From positions 35,528,001 through 35,592,000 of the forward strand of contig CM052817.1 in assembly GCA_028534125.1 (NCBI GenBank): 64,000 nucleotides of DNA. The letters are read 5' to 3'. Source of the stretch: Lama glama. Lineage: Eukaryota. Shown here piece after piece: positions 15,100 to 27,210 of the stretch (position 1 is its first letter; every line of letters begins with the position of its first letter). Both the position numbers and the translations under genes were made by a program. The notes under the pieces are model-generated. The model searched no databases, was not told the DNA's origin, and saw only the letters and a list, made by a program, of their open reading frames with translations.

Positions 15100-15950
15100 T
15101 CGTCTACTAGGTACCTCCTACATCTTGCAACTGTTGGTCCTTTCTTGGCCCCTTCTATTTCTGATGCTATTCATTCCCTCTGGGTAGATTTTTCTTTCCC
15201 ACATCTTCACTTCTGAACTATATGCAGATGAGTTTCAGCTTTGATCTCCAATCCAACCTCTCTGAACCTCCAAACCTGTGTGTCCAACTGTCTACTGAGT
15301 GTTTCCTGGAAATCAGCATCTCCAAAGCTGAGAGCCTCATCTTCCCCTGAAGACCTGCTCTTCTTCATTTTTCCTCATCTCAGTGGATGTCACACTATCT
15401 ACTCCAACTCTGAAACCAGAAAACTGGGAAATATCCAAGATTCCTGTTTCTCCCACAACCCCTATATCCAGTCAAGTCCTGTCCTTCAGTCCCTAGAAAT
15501 ACTTCTCAAATTTACCTTTGCTTCTCCATTCCTATTGTTGCTGCCTTTTTTTTTTTTAACAAGTTTTCATCTCTTCTCTCATGGACAAAACGTAGTCTCG
15601 TTTACTGGTCTCCCTGACTTCAGACCCAGCACCTGTTCCCATAGCCACTAACTATAGTGCCTCCAAAGCAGCTCTGTGTGTTGATTCTCTGTTAACTTTC
15701 AACGGATTCCCATCCAGGACAATATAACGTGGTCCCTCTCTAAACTGCCTTGTCTTACACCAGTTTCACTCTTTCATAAATCCTTCCTTGTATTTTATGC
15801 TCGAAGAATACCAAACTCCTTCTAACTTCTCAAATATGCTAGGCTGCCTCCCTGCCTTTGCATGTTCTCTTCCCTCTGCCCTAACCTGATGTCTAGCCAG
15901 CAGTGCCAACAAGCCGTCCATGTCCAAGCATTCTGTCTTCTGTGAAAGCG
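15100..15950 (+). mobile_element. L2 fragments
   Basis: tatatgcagatgagtttcagc..tccaactgtctactga..ctggtctccctg, typical of L2. Confidence 0.6.
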
Positions 15951-16049
15951 TTCCCTGACTCTCAAAGGCAGGTTTTGTCCTTCCTCCTACAATTGCACCA
16001 GATTCACTACTGTTATAGCATTGACAACATAGATTTTAGACAGGAGCAT

Positions 16050-16300
16050 ACTTCTTTTTTCTTTTTTAAACATTTTAAAAATTTTATTTTTACTTTTTAT
16101 TGAAGTATCATTGGTTACCATGTGTCAGTTTCTGGTGTACAGCATAATGTTTCAGTCATACATGTACATACATAAAATTATTTTCATATTCTTTTTCATT
16201 ATAGGTTACTACAAAATATTGAATGTAGTTGCCTGTGCTATACAGAAGAAATTTGGTTTTTCTCTATTTTATATATAGTAGTTAGTATTTTCACATCTTG
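16050..16300 (-). mobile_element. L1 3' end
   Basis: T-rich tail followed by tattgaagtatcattggttac..gtgctatacagaagaa. Confidence 0.75.
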
Positions 16301-16324
16301 AACCGGGAACATATTTTGATATAT

Positions 16325-17050
16325 TGAATTGGAAAAACTCAGTCTTTCCCTCCTGTATGTCTCCTTTACCACCCACAAAACATTTCACTTCTAGTCACCA
16401 AATGTATAATGGTTCTTCCCCACATCAAGCCATTCTCTGTGACAACAGGTAGGTATCCTACAATTTAGCTCAATTCTAACACTGTCTACCTGGAGATGGT
16501 GTCAGATCCCACAGGTTAAGAGCTCAGTCCCACACGACTGCTCCCACCCTACTTCAGATGCCAGTCACAGGTAGCAGGCCTCCAGATTACACATAAGTTC
16601 TGCCTGATTTGCGTACAAATTGAAGGTTCCCACGACCCCCGCTCAGGTTCAATGAATTTGCTAGAGCATCTCACAGAACTCAGGAAAACATTTACTTACA
16701 TTTAGTAGTTTATTAAAGGATGTGATGAAAGATACAGATGGACACAGGATGAAGAGCTACATAGGGCGAGGAGCTCTGAGAGGGTCCCAAGGGCAGGAGC
16801 TTCTGTCCCTGTGGAGTTGGGGTGTGTCACCCTCCCCGTATGTGGATGTGTTCACCAGCCTGGAAGCTTGTTGAACTCCATACTATTGGGGGATTTTTTT
16901 TGGAGGCCTCCCCATGGAGGTATGATTGATCATTAACTCCATTTTTAGCCCTTCTTTCTCAAAAGAATGAGGGTGAGGCTGAAAATTCCTAGCTTCTAAT
17001 CATTTCTGGTGACCAGCCCTCCTCCAGGAGCCTTCCAGCATCCCACCAGA
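16325..17050. mobile_element. MER21-like LTR
   Basis: ctacctggagatggtgtcagatcccacaggttaagagctcagtcccac..acttcagatgccagtc signature. Confidence 0.65.
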
Positions 17051-17484
17051 ATTGAGGCCAGGGGATTATACCTTTGCCTCCATGATGCAATTTTAGGGAC
17101 CCAAGCAGCTCCCTAAAAATCCTTCTCACTGCTCCTCCTCGGTGATGCCTGGTTTTCCATTGTCAGTGCTCCATTTCTTTAACCTAAGATTTTGATCCCT
17201 GCTAAAATGGAGGCATATTTGGAACAAAAAATATTTTGAGTTGCTGTCAGTGCTCGGGGTAACCAAAAGAGTTGAGGAACTTTTAAAATAAGAGGTGATA
17301 AGGTGGAGAAGAAGAGAGAAACAGGTACCTGAAGATTGGGAAGGGGACTCCATGGGTAGAGAAAAAAGAACAGAAAAGCCTGGGGGAGCAGGTTCCTTGT
17401 GGACTTCGCAGTTCTGCCTTGGATCTACTGTACCTGTACATAAATAGGATTTGGTTCTGGATCTGGGAAGGCAGAGACAAAAGA

Positions 17485-18096
17485 ATGGAGACGCTTCCGC
17501 CACCCCAGTCCCTTCCTCATGGTCGTCATTGGCACTATGGGAATTATCCTGACTGGCTTGACAGCAGTTTTCTGTCTTGGACTGTCTGATGCTTGGCTAA
17601 GGAAGAAGAGAGCTGAGTTGGACTACAGTAGAAGTAAACCCTGGGGCGTGCGCCAATTCACCAAATTGCTTCCTGGGCTTGTGATGCAAAGAACTAGATA
17701 ATTATGAGACTGTAATGCATAGAAACTGGCTTGAAGAAATTAGGCACATATGCCCAATTGCCAAGAGCAATGGGAAAAGATGGATTTGTTGAAGCCAGGT
17801 GGATTGTGTGGAGATAAGGATGAAAAGATGCTGGTAAATTAGATCTAATTATTGCAGGAAGTAGTTCTCAGTCCTCACAGCAAAGAAACAGTACCAATGT
17901 TCCAGAATTTTCTAAAACAAATTGACAGCCAGAGCAGCCCATCGTTCTCATTTCATCAGGTCTTCTCAAATGGGGTGAAGAAGATCTGTTTCTCTCCAAG
18001 TTCTTCTTAGCTGTGCTTCTGTCCCAGTTATTGAACAATGATGTACCCCTTGGTGTAGTTTAGAAACAAAGGAACAAATGTACAGTCATTGATTAG
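17485..18096 (+). pseudogene. Putative highly decayed intronless Rho/Rac-family small GTPase pseudogene
   Basis: Colinear translated motifs across frameshifts: VVIG-x6-T-x-L (P-loop spacing), LGLSDA..DYSRSKP (cf. LGLWDTAGQEDYDRLRP), DNYETVMHRNWLEEIRHICP (cf. SFENVRAKWYPEVRHHCP), KMDLL (G4-like), SSGLLKWGEEDLF..AVL, and terminal KQRNKCTVI (polybasic + CAAX-like). Confidence 0.6.
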
Positions 18097-18124
18097 AATG
18101 TAAGTGTCTTTGGAAACATTACTA

Positions 18125-18503
18125 AATTATACCACTAGCTTTCCTGGGTCTCCAGCCTGCAGACAGCAGCTGATTCAATTCAGCCATATCTTCCCATCAG
18201 AAGACCCAAGCCTCCAAGTTGCTTGCCTCCACAGAAGATGAAATGAGATGTCCCAGCTCAATAGGTGATGCAGGAAAAAAGGGGCAAGTGGTGAATTCCC
18301 CCTTCCTCTTTGTTTTGTCCTATTCAGACCCTCAGTGGATTGGGTGGTGCTCATCCACACTGGGGAGGGTGATCTACTTTATTGAGTCCATCAATTTAGA
18401 TGCTAATCTCATCCAGAAACACGCTTATGGACACTCCCCCAAATTATATCCAATCTCTACCAACTGTGGCCGGTCAAGTGGACACAGAAAATTAACCATC
18501 ACA
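18125..18503 (+). mobile_element. MLT2 (ERVL) LTR
   Basis: ggattgggtggtgctcatccacactggggagggtgatctactttattgagtcc..aaattaaccatcaca. Confidence 0.75.
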
Positions 18504-19708
18504 ATTATGACCTTTAAATGTGTCATACACAGTGCACGTTTAATAACTGAGGATTTTTCTTTTTTTTTTCACTTTAGCACCTTGGAATGTTTAGCCGTAT
18601 CCTCCTTCATGTGGGTTTACGTAGTGACTTTTACAAAGTATTCATCAAAAATGTCTTCGTTGTCTTTAAATTTGGATTTATAAATATTTTCATTTAACAA
18701 TAACATGCGGGGGAGATTTTTCAAGCAATGGTAAGTCACACACCTTAAGGAAGGAAGGCAGGAGGTGATATGTGAAGGGAAACACGCTCCCCTCTCCTTG
18801 TAGTGCATGTTCACAAGTGGTCCATTTCTACCCCTTCCCTGCTCTTCCCTTGTTTCTAAAATTATCCCAAGATCAAGTAGCCAAGTTCCCTCTAGGGTGA
18901 AAACACATTTATAGTGAATGTCCCTGGTGGTCACTTTTTATGATTTCCATTCCTAAGAAAGTGGACGCAGATGGGATGGAGCTGAGCCAGCCTCCCTTCT
19001 CCAGTCTTCCTGTTTCCTTGCCGCTGTCCCTGCACAGGCTCCCCGAGACCAGGAAATCTGTTCTGGGGTCCCTTCTTCATTCCTACAGGTGCCAGAAGTT
19101 GCTCAATATATACCCACAGCCATTTCCCCTTCCTCCCCACTAATTAACCTGTATTTTACTACCAAGTCAGTGTGTTCAGTTCAGTGAATGTGGTCAGTTA
19201 CTTTTCCCAGCCTCTCGGGTGGATAGGAGTGGGTAGCTCTGGCTGACAAGATAGAAGCAGAAATTGTTGAGCAGGACATTTGCAAAGCTCCTCAAAAGGG
19301 GGAAAGGGCTCCCCTGGCAGGCCCCTTGATACTTCCCCTCCCCTTTCTTGCTAATGTGTATTGAGCACAAACACACAGCGACACTCCATATATTACAAGG
19401 ATATATGTATATTCAAAAGCACATCACCATCACATCTGAGCGGAATGCCTGCAGGGGGCAGGTAATGGAAATAGGTGGCTGGTGTGAATGGGGATAACAA
19501 ATTTACAAGAGAGAAGGGCCTGGCACAGACGGCTGATGTGAATGCATTATGAGATAGGTGCTTGTTCACCTCACTCTGCACCTGCCGTCTTAGAAAAAAA
19601 AGATTGGGGGTGAGGTGGGGAACAGAGAGGAGGAAGACAAAGGGAAAGCAGTACAAAATGTTGTTGTCAATAATCTGCACGATGACACATCAACAAAATT
19701 CATCTGGC

Positions 19709-20206
19709 CTCTAAAGAAGTTGTGATACATTTATATAATGGAATACTACTCAGCCATAAGAAAGAATAAAATAATGCCATTTGCAGCAGCATGGATGGAC
19801 CTGAAGAGCGTCATTCTAAGTGAAGTAAGTCAGAAAGAAAAATATCATATGATATCACTCATACATGGAATCTAAAAAAAAAAAAGACACAAATGAACTT
19901 ATTTACAAAACAGAAACAGATTCACAGACATAGAAAACAAACTTATGGTTACCAGGGTGGGAAAGGGGTGGGAAGGGATAAATTGGCATTTTGGGATTTG
20001 CAGATACAAACTACTGTATAAAAAATAGATAAACAACAAGTTTATACTGTATAGCACAGGGACTATATTCAATATCTTGTAGTAACCAATAATAACAAAG
20101 GATATGAAAACAAACATATGTATATATGGATATGAAACATTATGCTGTATACCAGAAATTGTTCAACATTGTAAACGGATTATTCTTCAATACAAATTAA
20201 TTAATT
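19709..20206 (+). mobile_element. 5'-truncated L1 3' end with (TAAT)n tail
   Basis: L1 ORF2 end and 3' UTR, with TSD aatt(c/a)atctggc at 19697-19708 and 20207-20218. Confidence 0.85.
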
Positions 20207-20273
20207 AATTAATCTGGCATCAACTGATCCAAGAAGCCATGACCACTTGCTAGGCTCAAATCTTCCCAGTCTT

Positions 20274-20874
20274 AAACTCTAATTTGAAGATAACATGCAC
20301 CCCTATGTTCATAGCAGCACTATTTACAATAGCCAAGACATGGAAGCAACCTAAACCTCCATTGACAGATGAATGGATAAAGAAGTTGTGGTTATGTATA
20401 TATATAATGGAATACTACTCAACTATAAAAAATAAAATAATGCCATTTGCAGCAACAGGGATGGACCTGGAGGTCGTCATTCTAAGTGAAGTAAGTCAGA
20501 AAGAGAAAGAAAAATACCATATGATATCACTTATATGTGGAATCTTAAAAAAAAAGACACAAATGAACTTATCTACAAAACAGAGACAGACTCACAGACA
20601 TAGAGAACAAACTTAAGGTTACCAGTTAGGGAAAGGGCATGAGAAGGGATAAATTGGGAGCTTGCGATTTGTAGATACTAGCTACTGTGTATAAAATAGA
20701 TAAACAACAAGTTTATATTGTATAGCACAGGCAACTATATTCAATACCTTGTAATGGCCTATAATGAAAAAGAATATGAAAAGGAATATACATGTACATA
20801 TATATATGACTCCCTATGCCATACAACAGAAATTAATGCGACATTGTAAATTGACTATACTTCAATTTAAAAAA
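20274..20874 (+). mobile_element. 5'-truncated L1 3' end
   Basis: ORF2 C-terminus TCTPMFIAALFTIAKTWKQPK, with a perfect 16-bp TSD aaatcttcccagtctt at 20258-20273 and 20875-20890. Confidence 0.9.
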
Positions 20875-23800
20875 AAATCTTCCCAGTCTTGCCAGAGTCT
20901 GACTTCACTCAGGGAGCTCTCAATCGTCCAGCAGTGCAGCCGCCAGCGCCCTGTGGATGACTAAGGCAAACTCTCAGCTTGCAGTACCTTTCCCTGCAGA
21001 TGTGAACAAGAACCCCATGGCGCTCCTCCCGGAGGGATGCGGGCTACTGACCAGACCTCATATCTCAAATCCAAACACTGGATTCCCTTTCCAGATAACT
21101 CTGTCCTGGGCTTGGGCCCCCACCCAGTTTCAGGGCCTGGTTCAGTCTTTACACAGCTGTCCCTTTTAGGACTCAGTAGACCTGACATCCTGTTTAGGTT
21201 CTGTCCTCCCTGGGGGCAGATGGCTGGCTGCCTTCTTCTCTGAGCAGAGGTTCATAAAATGGAATGTTAAGTGAAACCTCTGTGCTGTGAACAAGAGATC
21301 TGACGGCAGAGCCTTGCAGCAGAAGCCCGCGGAGGAGCGCGGTAGGCTGTGGCATGGTGAGCCCAGAGGAGCCGGGCCTCCTGGGCTTCACACCCTGTGT
21401 AGTCCCCTCTCCCTGAATCTCCATGGCCCTGTGACCTGCTTTAACCAAAAGAATGAGGCAGAAGTGACACTGGGCCAGACTGGGGCCTGGAATGTAAGAA
21501 GGCCTGGAAGCTTCTGCTCCCACACTCTGCACTCCATGCTCTGGGGGCAGCCAGCCACCAAGGAGGAAGGTCAATTACCCTGAGACCATCAGGCTGTTTG
21601 AGGGAGCCCACAGGAGGCTTTAGGGAGGTTTGTCACCCAGCACTGGGTAACCAAAACGAAGAGCTGCCGCATCCATTATATTTAGGGTTTGAACATAGAA
21701 AGCCTTTGGAAATCCTTCAGTAGAAAATAGAAAGGTTTAGGGGAAAGATAGTATTTCTTCACTCAAGGGAAAGAGAGTGGTCTTGTGACAAACGGTCTTC
21801 CGCCCTAAGCTTAAGAGAACGTGGCTACCGCAGAGCTTCGTGGGAACGCTGACTTCATCTCATTGCTCGTCTCCTTCCCTCGTCCACCTCCTGTGTAAGT
21901 GTGGCTTCCCTGCCCCTGGATTTGCCTCATGCGGCTCCCACTCCTGGGGTTTGCCTGTGCTGTGCCAGCCACCCGTAATGGCGCCTCCCTGCATCGCTGC
22001 CTGTCAAAGCCCCACCAGTTCTTGTGAACCACTGTAAAGGGAACCACTTTGTGCCAGCTTTTCATTAAAGCTCCAGGCCAGTGAGGGCCCTTCCTTTCCT
22101 CTGAACTCCATTTCCATAGCAGTTCTAAAATGGACGAATGATTGGCCGTTAGCCATCTTATAACATTAACTCTGTTACTATCTTGATCTGATATGTAAAC
22201 TTATTTTGATTTAATTTTATACTGGTTAATTTCCCACTTCACAAATGAGATTGTAGCCTATCAAGAGCAGGGGATTATGTGTGTGTACCTTCAATAGAAG
22301 GTCAGTAAATATCCATTGATTTCTACTGTACTAACCAGTTACCTTCAATCCAACAGACGCAGTAATTATATTTTCCCTTCTTTTCTTTCTTTTTTTGTAT
22401 AAAGCCTGAGACAGTGCTTTTACAACAGTCAGGTTTTAATTTATGTTTTCATTGAGATATAATTGACATGCTATATTAGTTTTATATTTTCTTTTTAAAG
22501 ATACCATTTCCTATCAGAATGGTTGCAATGATTTTAAACTCTTGACCGAGATGGGCCGGTCCTGGGAAGCGGAATCTTCAGTTTTAAAACTAGGAAATTC
22601 TCGTGCAAACCAGGATAAGTTGGCTACTCTGCTTCTATGAGTTATTGCCACATCGAATTCACCTGGTGCCCCACCCAGGGTTTCAACTGTGGAATAGTTG
22701 CCCAGTCCTATTTTCACACAAATTGCTCCTGCCCCCTATGAAGTTCAAGCAGGTGGTCTCCTAAATGAGTTTCACTATCATTTAAATTTTATAGGAAGAG
22801 TTTTTGAAAACGATTTGTGGTAATTATATGTTAGTTTATGGGTGGTTGTTTTCATAGCAGCAGCCATTAAAGGAAGATTAAAAAACTTGCTGGATTTCCT
22901 CCAGTGTGGTTCCTCAGGGGGAAGCGATATGTGCTAAGCACAGGCAGTCCAGACCCTTGAGAGTTTACCGTATTCCGTCTTGCAGCAAGAAAGTCCAGCA
23001 TTTCACGCATATCTTCATTCTAGCATTTATTACATTGTATTATATTTGCTTCTTTATGTCCCAGTACTGTGAGCTTCTTAAAGATGTGGACAGGTGTATT
23101 TATGACAATATTTATAAAACACATATAAATAATATAACAGATAGTGTTCTCTGTTTTTACAAATATTAACTCTTCATTCTCATATCTCTCTTATCAGACA
23201 GTTGCAATTTTTATTTCCATTTTATAGATGAGAAAACTGAGGCATTAAGTGGTTAAGTAGTTGTTATCAAGCTAATTAGTGACCAAGTTGGGATTTGAAT
23301 CCAGGCAAACTGGCTCCAGGATGTGTTTCAACCATGACACAATCCTTTCTAGTCCTTATTTATTGTTGTATCCACAGCACCTAGCCTCATTCCTGGCATA
23401 AGACTCAATGAACATATATTAAAGAATGAATAAATGAACAGCTCTCATATGTAAGACAATCATACGTCCAGGATATTGTTAAGAGTACTAATTTTGAACA
23501 TTCTGCCATATTTTCAAAACGTGTTTAAACCATGCATCAGAAAATGCATGTAGATTTGGGAGTCAGAAACTGTGGCAGTTTCCATAAGATTATGAATTTC
23601 ATTTACTCTGATTCTATGTTCAAACTGATATTCTTGGTCCAAAAACTCATAGTGCCAGGAATGAGGTGCCCTAAGCTTCAAGTACCAGATATTGGAGAAA
23701 TATCAAGTGTTCTTGGTTCTTATTCACTGTGATCAATTTTAAAGCTGGGACAGTCCTGAAAATATTGTTTAAAAATGATTTTGGAAGGGTTTGAGTCAAA

Positions 23801-24007
23801 CAAAGGATTTGAGGGAGGATATAAGAAGGAGACTTCTTAGATCTGTTATTATTAGATGTAAAACCCTTGGAAAATATTAGAAGTTCTGGTTAGCCAGGAA
23901 TGCACTTTGTTAAGATACTATCTTGTAAAGGGGGCTACTGTCTCATGTTATAATCTGATCTCCAGAATATTTTCAGCTAAGGACTCCCAGGTCCAGAAGA
24001 TTATCTG

Positions 24008-24200
24008 CAGCAGTGATTCTGAAAGTGTGGTCCCTAACTAGCAGCATCAGCATCTCCAAGGAACTAACTAGAAACACAGATTCTTGAGCTCATCCTAGAC
24101 CTACAGAATCAGAAATTCTGGTAGTGAGGTCCAGCAACCTGTGTTTTAATATGCCCCCCAGATGATTGTGATGCAGGTCGGAGTTTAAGAATCACAGACT
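24008..24200. mobile_element. MER5A (hAT-Charlie) MITE
   Basis: cagtgattctgaaagtgtggtccc..gcagcatcagcatc..gaatcagaaattctg. Confidence 0.7.
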
Positions 24201-24982
24201 ACAATAACTAAATTTGATTTCTTTGTAAGTTTATTCTTTATTCTATAAAAAAGAGAGATAATTGGAGAATCAATGAACTGGTCTTTGAAGTGACCCAAAC
24301 ACAGAATTGTTGAATCAGTAACTTGAACAAACATATATACACTCATGTGACAAGTGTGACCCAAGATTCAAAAATCCCCATGGGGTTGAGGGGGTGTTTG
24401 AATCACCTTTAATCAGAGCCTGCAGCAAAATCCTTTCATCTGTTTCAATGTGCCATATTACTTCATGCCAAGGGGAAGAGGGTTCCCAAGACAGAGCTGG
24501 TGGCGCTTGGTAACATGATTCTTTCTTTTCTTTCCTTTGTACCATGATCTCCTCTTCCCAAGAACACGTGCTATCTCTGAAGGAGCTGGAAGCTAAAGTT
24601 GAGACCAGCCACCCCTAAAACACTGCTTCCTTGGGACAGTGTCAAGCCCCGATGCTCAGTCTAGCTGGCTCTACTAGAAGGTCCTGCTTTCTCTCCTTTC
24701 AGTCTTTTCCCTGAGGGTCACAGTCCATACGTTCAGTTTCTACACGTCTGAACTGCAACTCTAGTGGGTTCCACTTCTTTCCCACAGGGTCTCTGGACCC
24801 CATGCCAAGTGAAGAGTGTGTTTGGACATCTATGTGAGTCTATATCCCTGAGTGTGGCAAAATGGTTAAAAAGCTCACAGAATATTCTCTAGTAGTCAGG
24901 ACTGACTTGTCTAAACTTCATAGAGGTCTTGTACAGGACAGTGTTGCTTTGACTGACCTGACCTAAATGATCTGTCAGACAT

Positions 24983-25022
24983 ATCCATCCATCCATCCGT
25001 CTATCTATCCATTCATCCATCC
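24983..25022 (+). repeat. Imperfect (ATCC)n/(ATCT)n tetranucleotide repeat
   Basis: atccatccatccatccgtctatctatccattcatccatcc. Confidence 0.8.
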
Positions 25023-27056
25023 AAAAACACATATAGATATATGCAAATCCAGATGCTTTAAGTACTTTCAGGAATAAAGCAAAATATTTTTAAAAATACA
25101 CATATATGGGTGTGTCTGAGAATGAAAAAAACACAAATACTGTAAAATATGTTTTAAAAATATGATACTTCTATACTATAAAATCTGACTACTTATCACT
25201 AAGGAATAAACAAAACCTTAGTTAGGTGAAGCTAGTGTAAATATTTCTTCTACTTTGGTCCCGTATAAACCCAACCCACCCTCAATTTTCTGTTAACTAA
25301 GTCTGTATTTTTCGTTAGTACTCTTCTGTGGCTACATCAGTCTGTTTTGGAAGGAACAATTAAGACTTTTATGCTAGCCACCGAAAATTTTGTCTCTCTG
25401 CAATAGGTCAAATGTCAGACCAAGAACAGAATCAAATGCACCTTCATAGTCTTCACTGCTTTTCTTGTTATTTACTAAGAGCTTCCTTCACTTTTGAGGT
25501 GCTTTCTGTCATGTGCCAGCTGCAGCTGCCGCTCTCTGAAAGAGACTTCTCTCTGTATGATTTTTGCTCTGCTTATAGTTACCAGGGTCATGGAGACTGA
25601 CTTTTGGTAGGAAGAGAACAAATTCAAGGTAGTTTTTTAAGCAACACCACAGCACCTGGCAAGTCTCCCCCAGCGTGCAGGAGACATTGACCTCATTGCT
25701 TTTTTCTGCGTGACACCATCAAACTCCCCTTGGCAGTAGCTGCTCAACATTTTTCCATTTAACAGCTTCAGGCTCACTCTGTGCGGCTTCACGTGGCGTA
25801 GGGATAGAGGAATATCTGTGTGGGCTGTTTGGAGACGGATAGGTATCCATTTTGGAAGGCCTGAAAATATTCCACTGTCGTCAAGGTTCCTAAAAGTATT
25901 ATTTTGTAGATCAGACACCCTAATTTATTTCTGCCATTAAAGTCGTGTTGGGCCAAGAGCCTGGGGTGAAACTGTGATATACAACAAGCTTGACCTTAAC
26001 AGCTTCTCTCATGCCCTCATTATCCACAGTTTCCCTGCTCCTAGAACCCACCAGGCAAATACTGAATTAGCAACTCATTTGGTTTTCACTGCTACCACAG
26101 GGGTGCCAAATGGGCTTCAACTCCTGTGCCAACTTTGATTAGCCTGGATAGGCTGCCAGCAGCACTGTGCTGAGGATTCTAACTCCAGACTCCATGAGAA
26201 GGCGCCCTGTGATAGATTAGTAACATCTGCCGGGGATGGGAGTGTGCCGGGAGCCTTGCCTAGAATTTGCCTTCCCTGTGTGAAGAATTTAATATATTAC
26301 CTTTCTATGGGATATTTGCACATTAAAAGAAGAAGGTGAAAGACAGCAGTGTATGGAAAGCCTGATGATAAACGGAGGTTCAGACATTTGTAGAAGGCCA
26401 GTGGGTATATATTTTGGGGAGACCATAGAAAGAGAGCAGAAGAAAGTGAGAGGAAGATCTGTTTCAGAAGAGAATCAGGTTGAAAGTGTGCAGGGAAGTT
26501 GCTAATCCTAACTTTACAAACTACCATCTTATGGACCTAATATTAACTCTAAATTGCGATTAAATGCATAAATTGTGTCCAGGGTGCTTTGACTTACTTG
26601 GCTGCTAATATGGCTTTTATTTAACAACAACAACAACTTTCCAAGACTTTTTTTTACACCCATTGGTCTGTTGCTTATCTTATTCTCTGTCTGTGATATC
26701 AGCCAATAAGCCAATAAGCCTGAAAGTGTGGGCTCAGAGAAGGCACTGTGTTGTTTTCCTGCTGGATCGAGCATACCCTTGGCGCTCAACAAACAATAAA
26801 CCAGCCAAGTGCTGCCACCTACTTAGAAACCAACTTTTTTCCCCGACAGAGTCTAAGTAAGAAGCTCCTCAGTCAGCAGCACTGAAAACATTAAATTTTT
26901 TGATGCCTGTCTTCTTTATGTTCCGAAATGCAGAACAATAGCCACCAAATCCACTGCAGAGAGGTGAAACACAGGTGGTCTGGTGAAAGGATTTCCTTAA
27001 CAGAGTTAGATATTTTCAGAGCACAATGATTTTTAAAAAAAGGAGCAGGGGGTAGT

Positions 27057-27210
27057 GGAGAGAGGGTACAGCTCAAGTGGTAGAGCATATGCTTAGCATG
27101 CCTGAGGTCTGGGGTTCAATTCCCAGTACCTCCTCTAAAAATAATAAACCTGATTTTCCTCCCTCCAAGTAAAATAATTAAATAGTACAATAATAAATAA
27201 ATAAAATATT
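27057..27210 (+). mobile_element. tRNA-derived SINE (Vic-1-like)
   Basis: gagggtacagctcaagtggtagagcatatgcttagcatgcctgaggtctggggttcaattccc followed by an A-rich tail. Confidence 0.85.
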
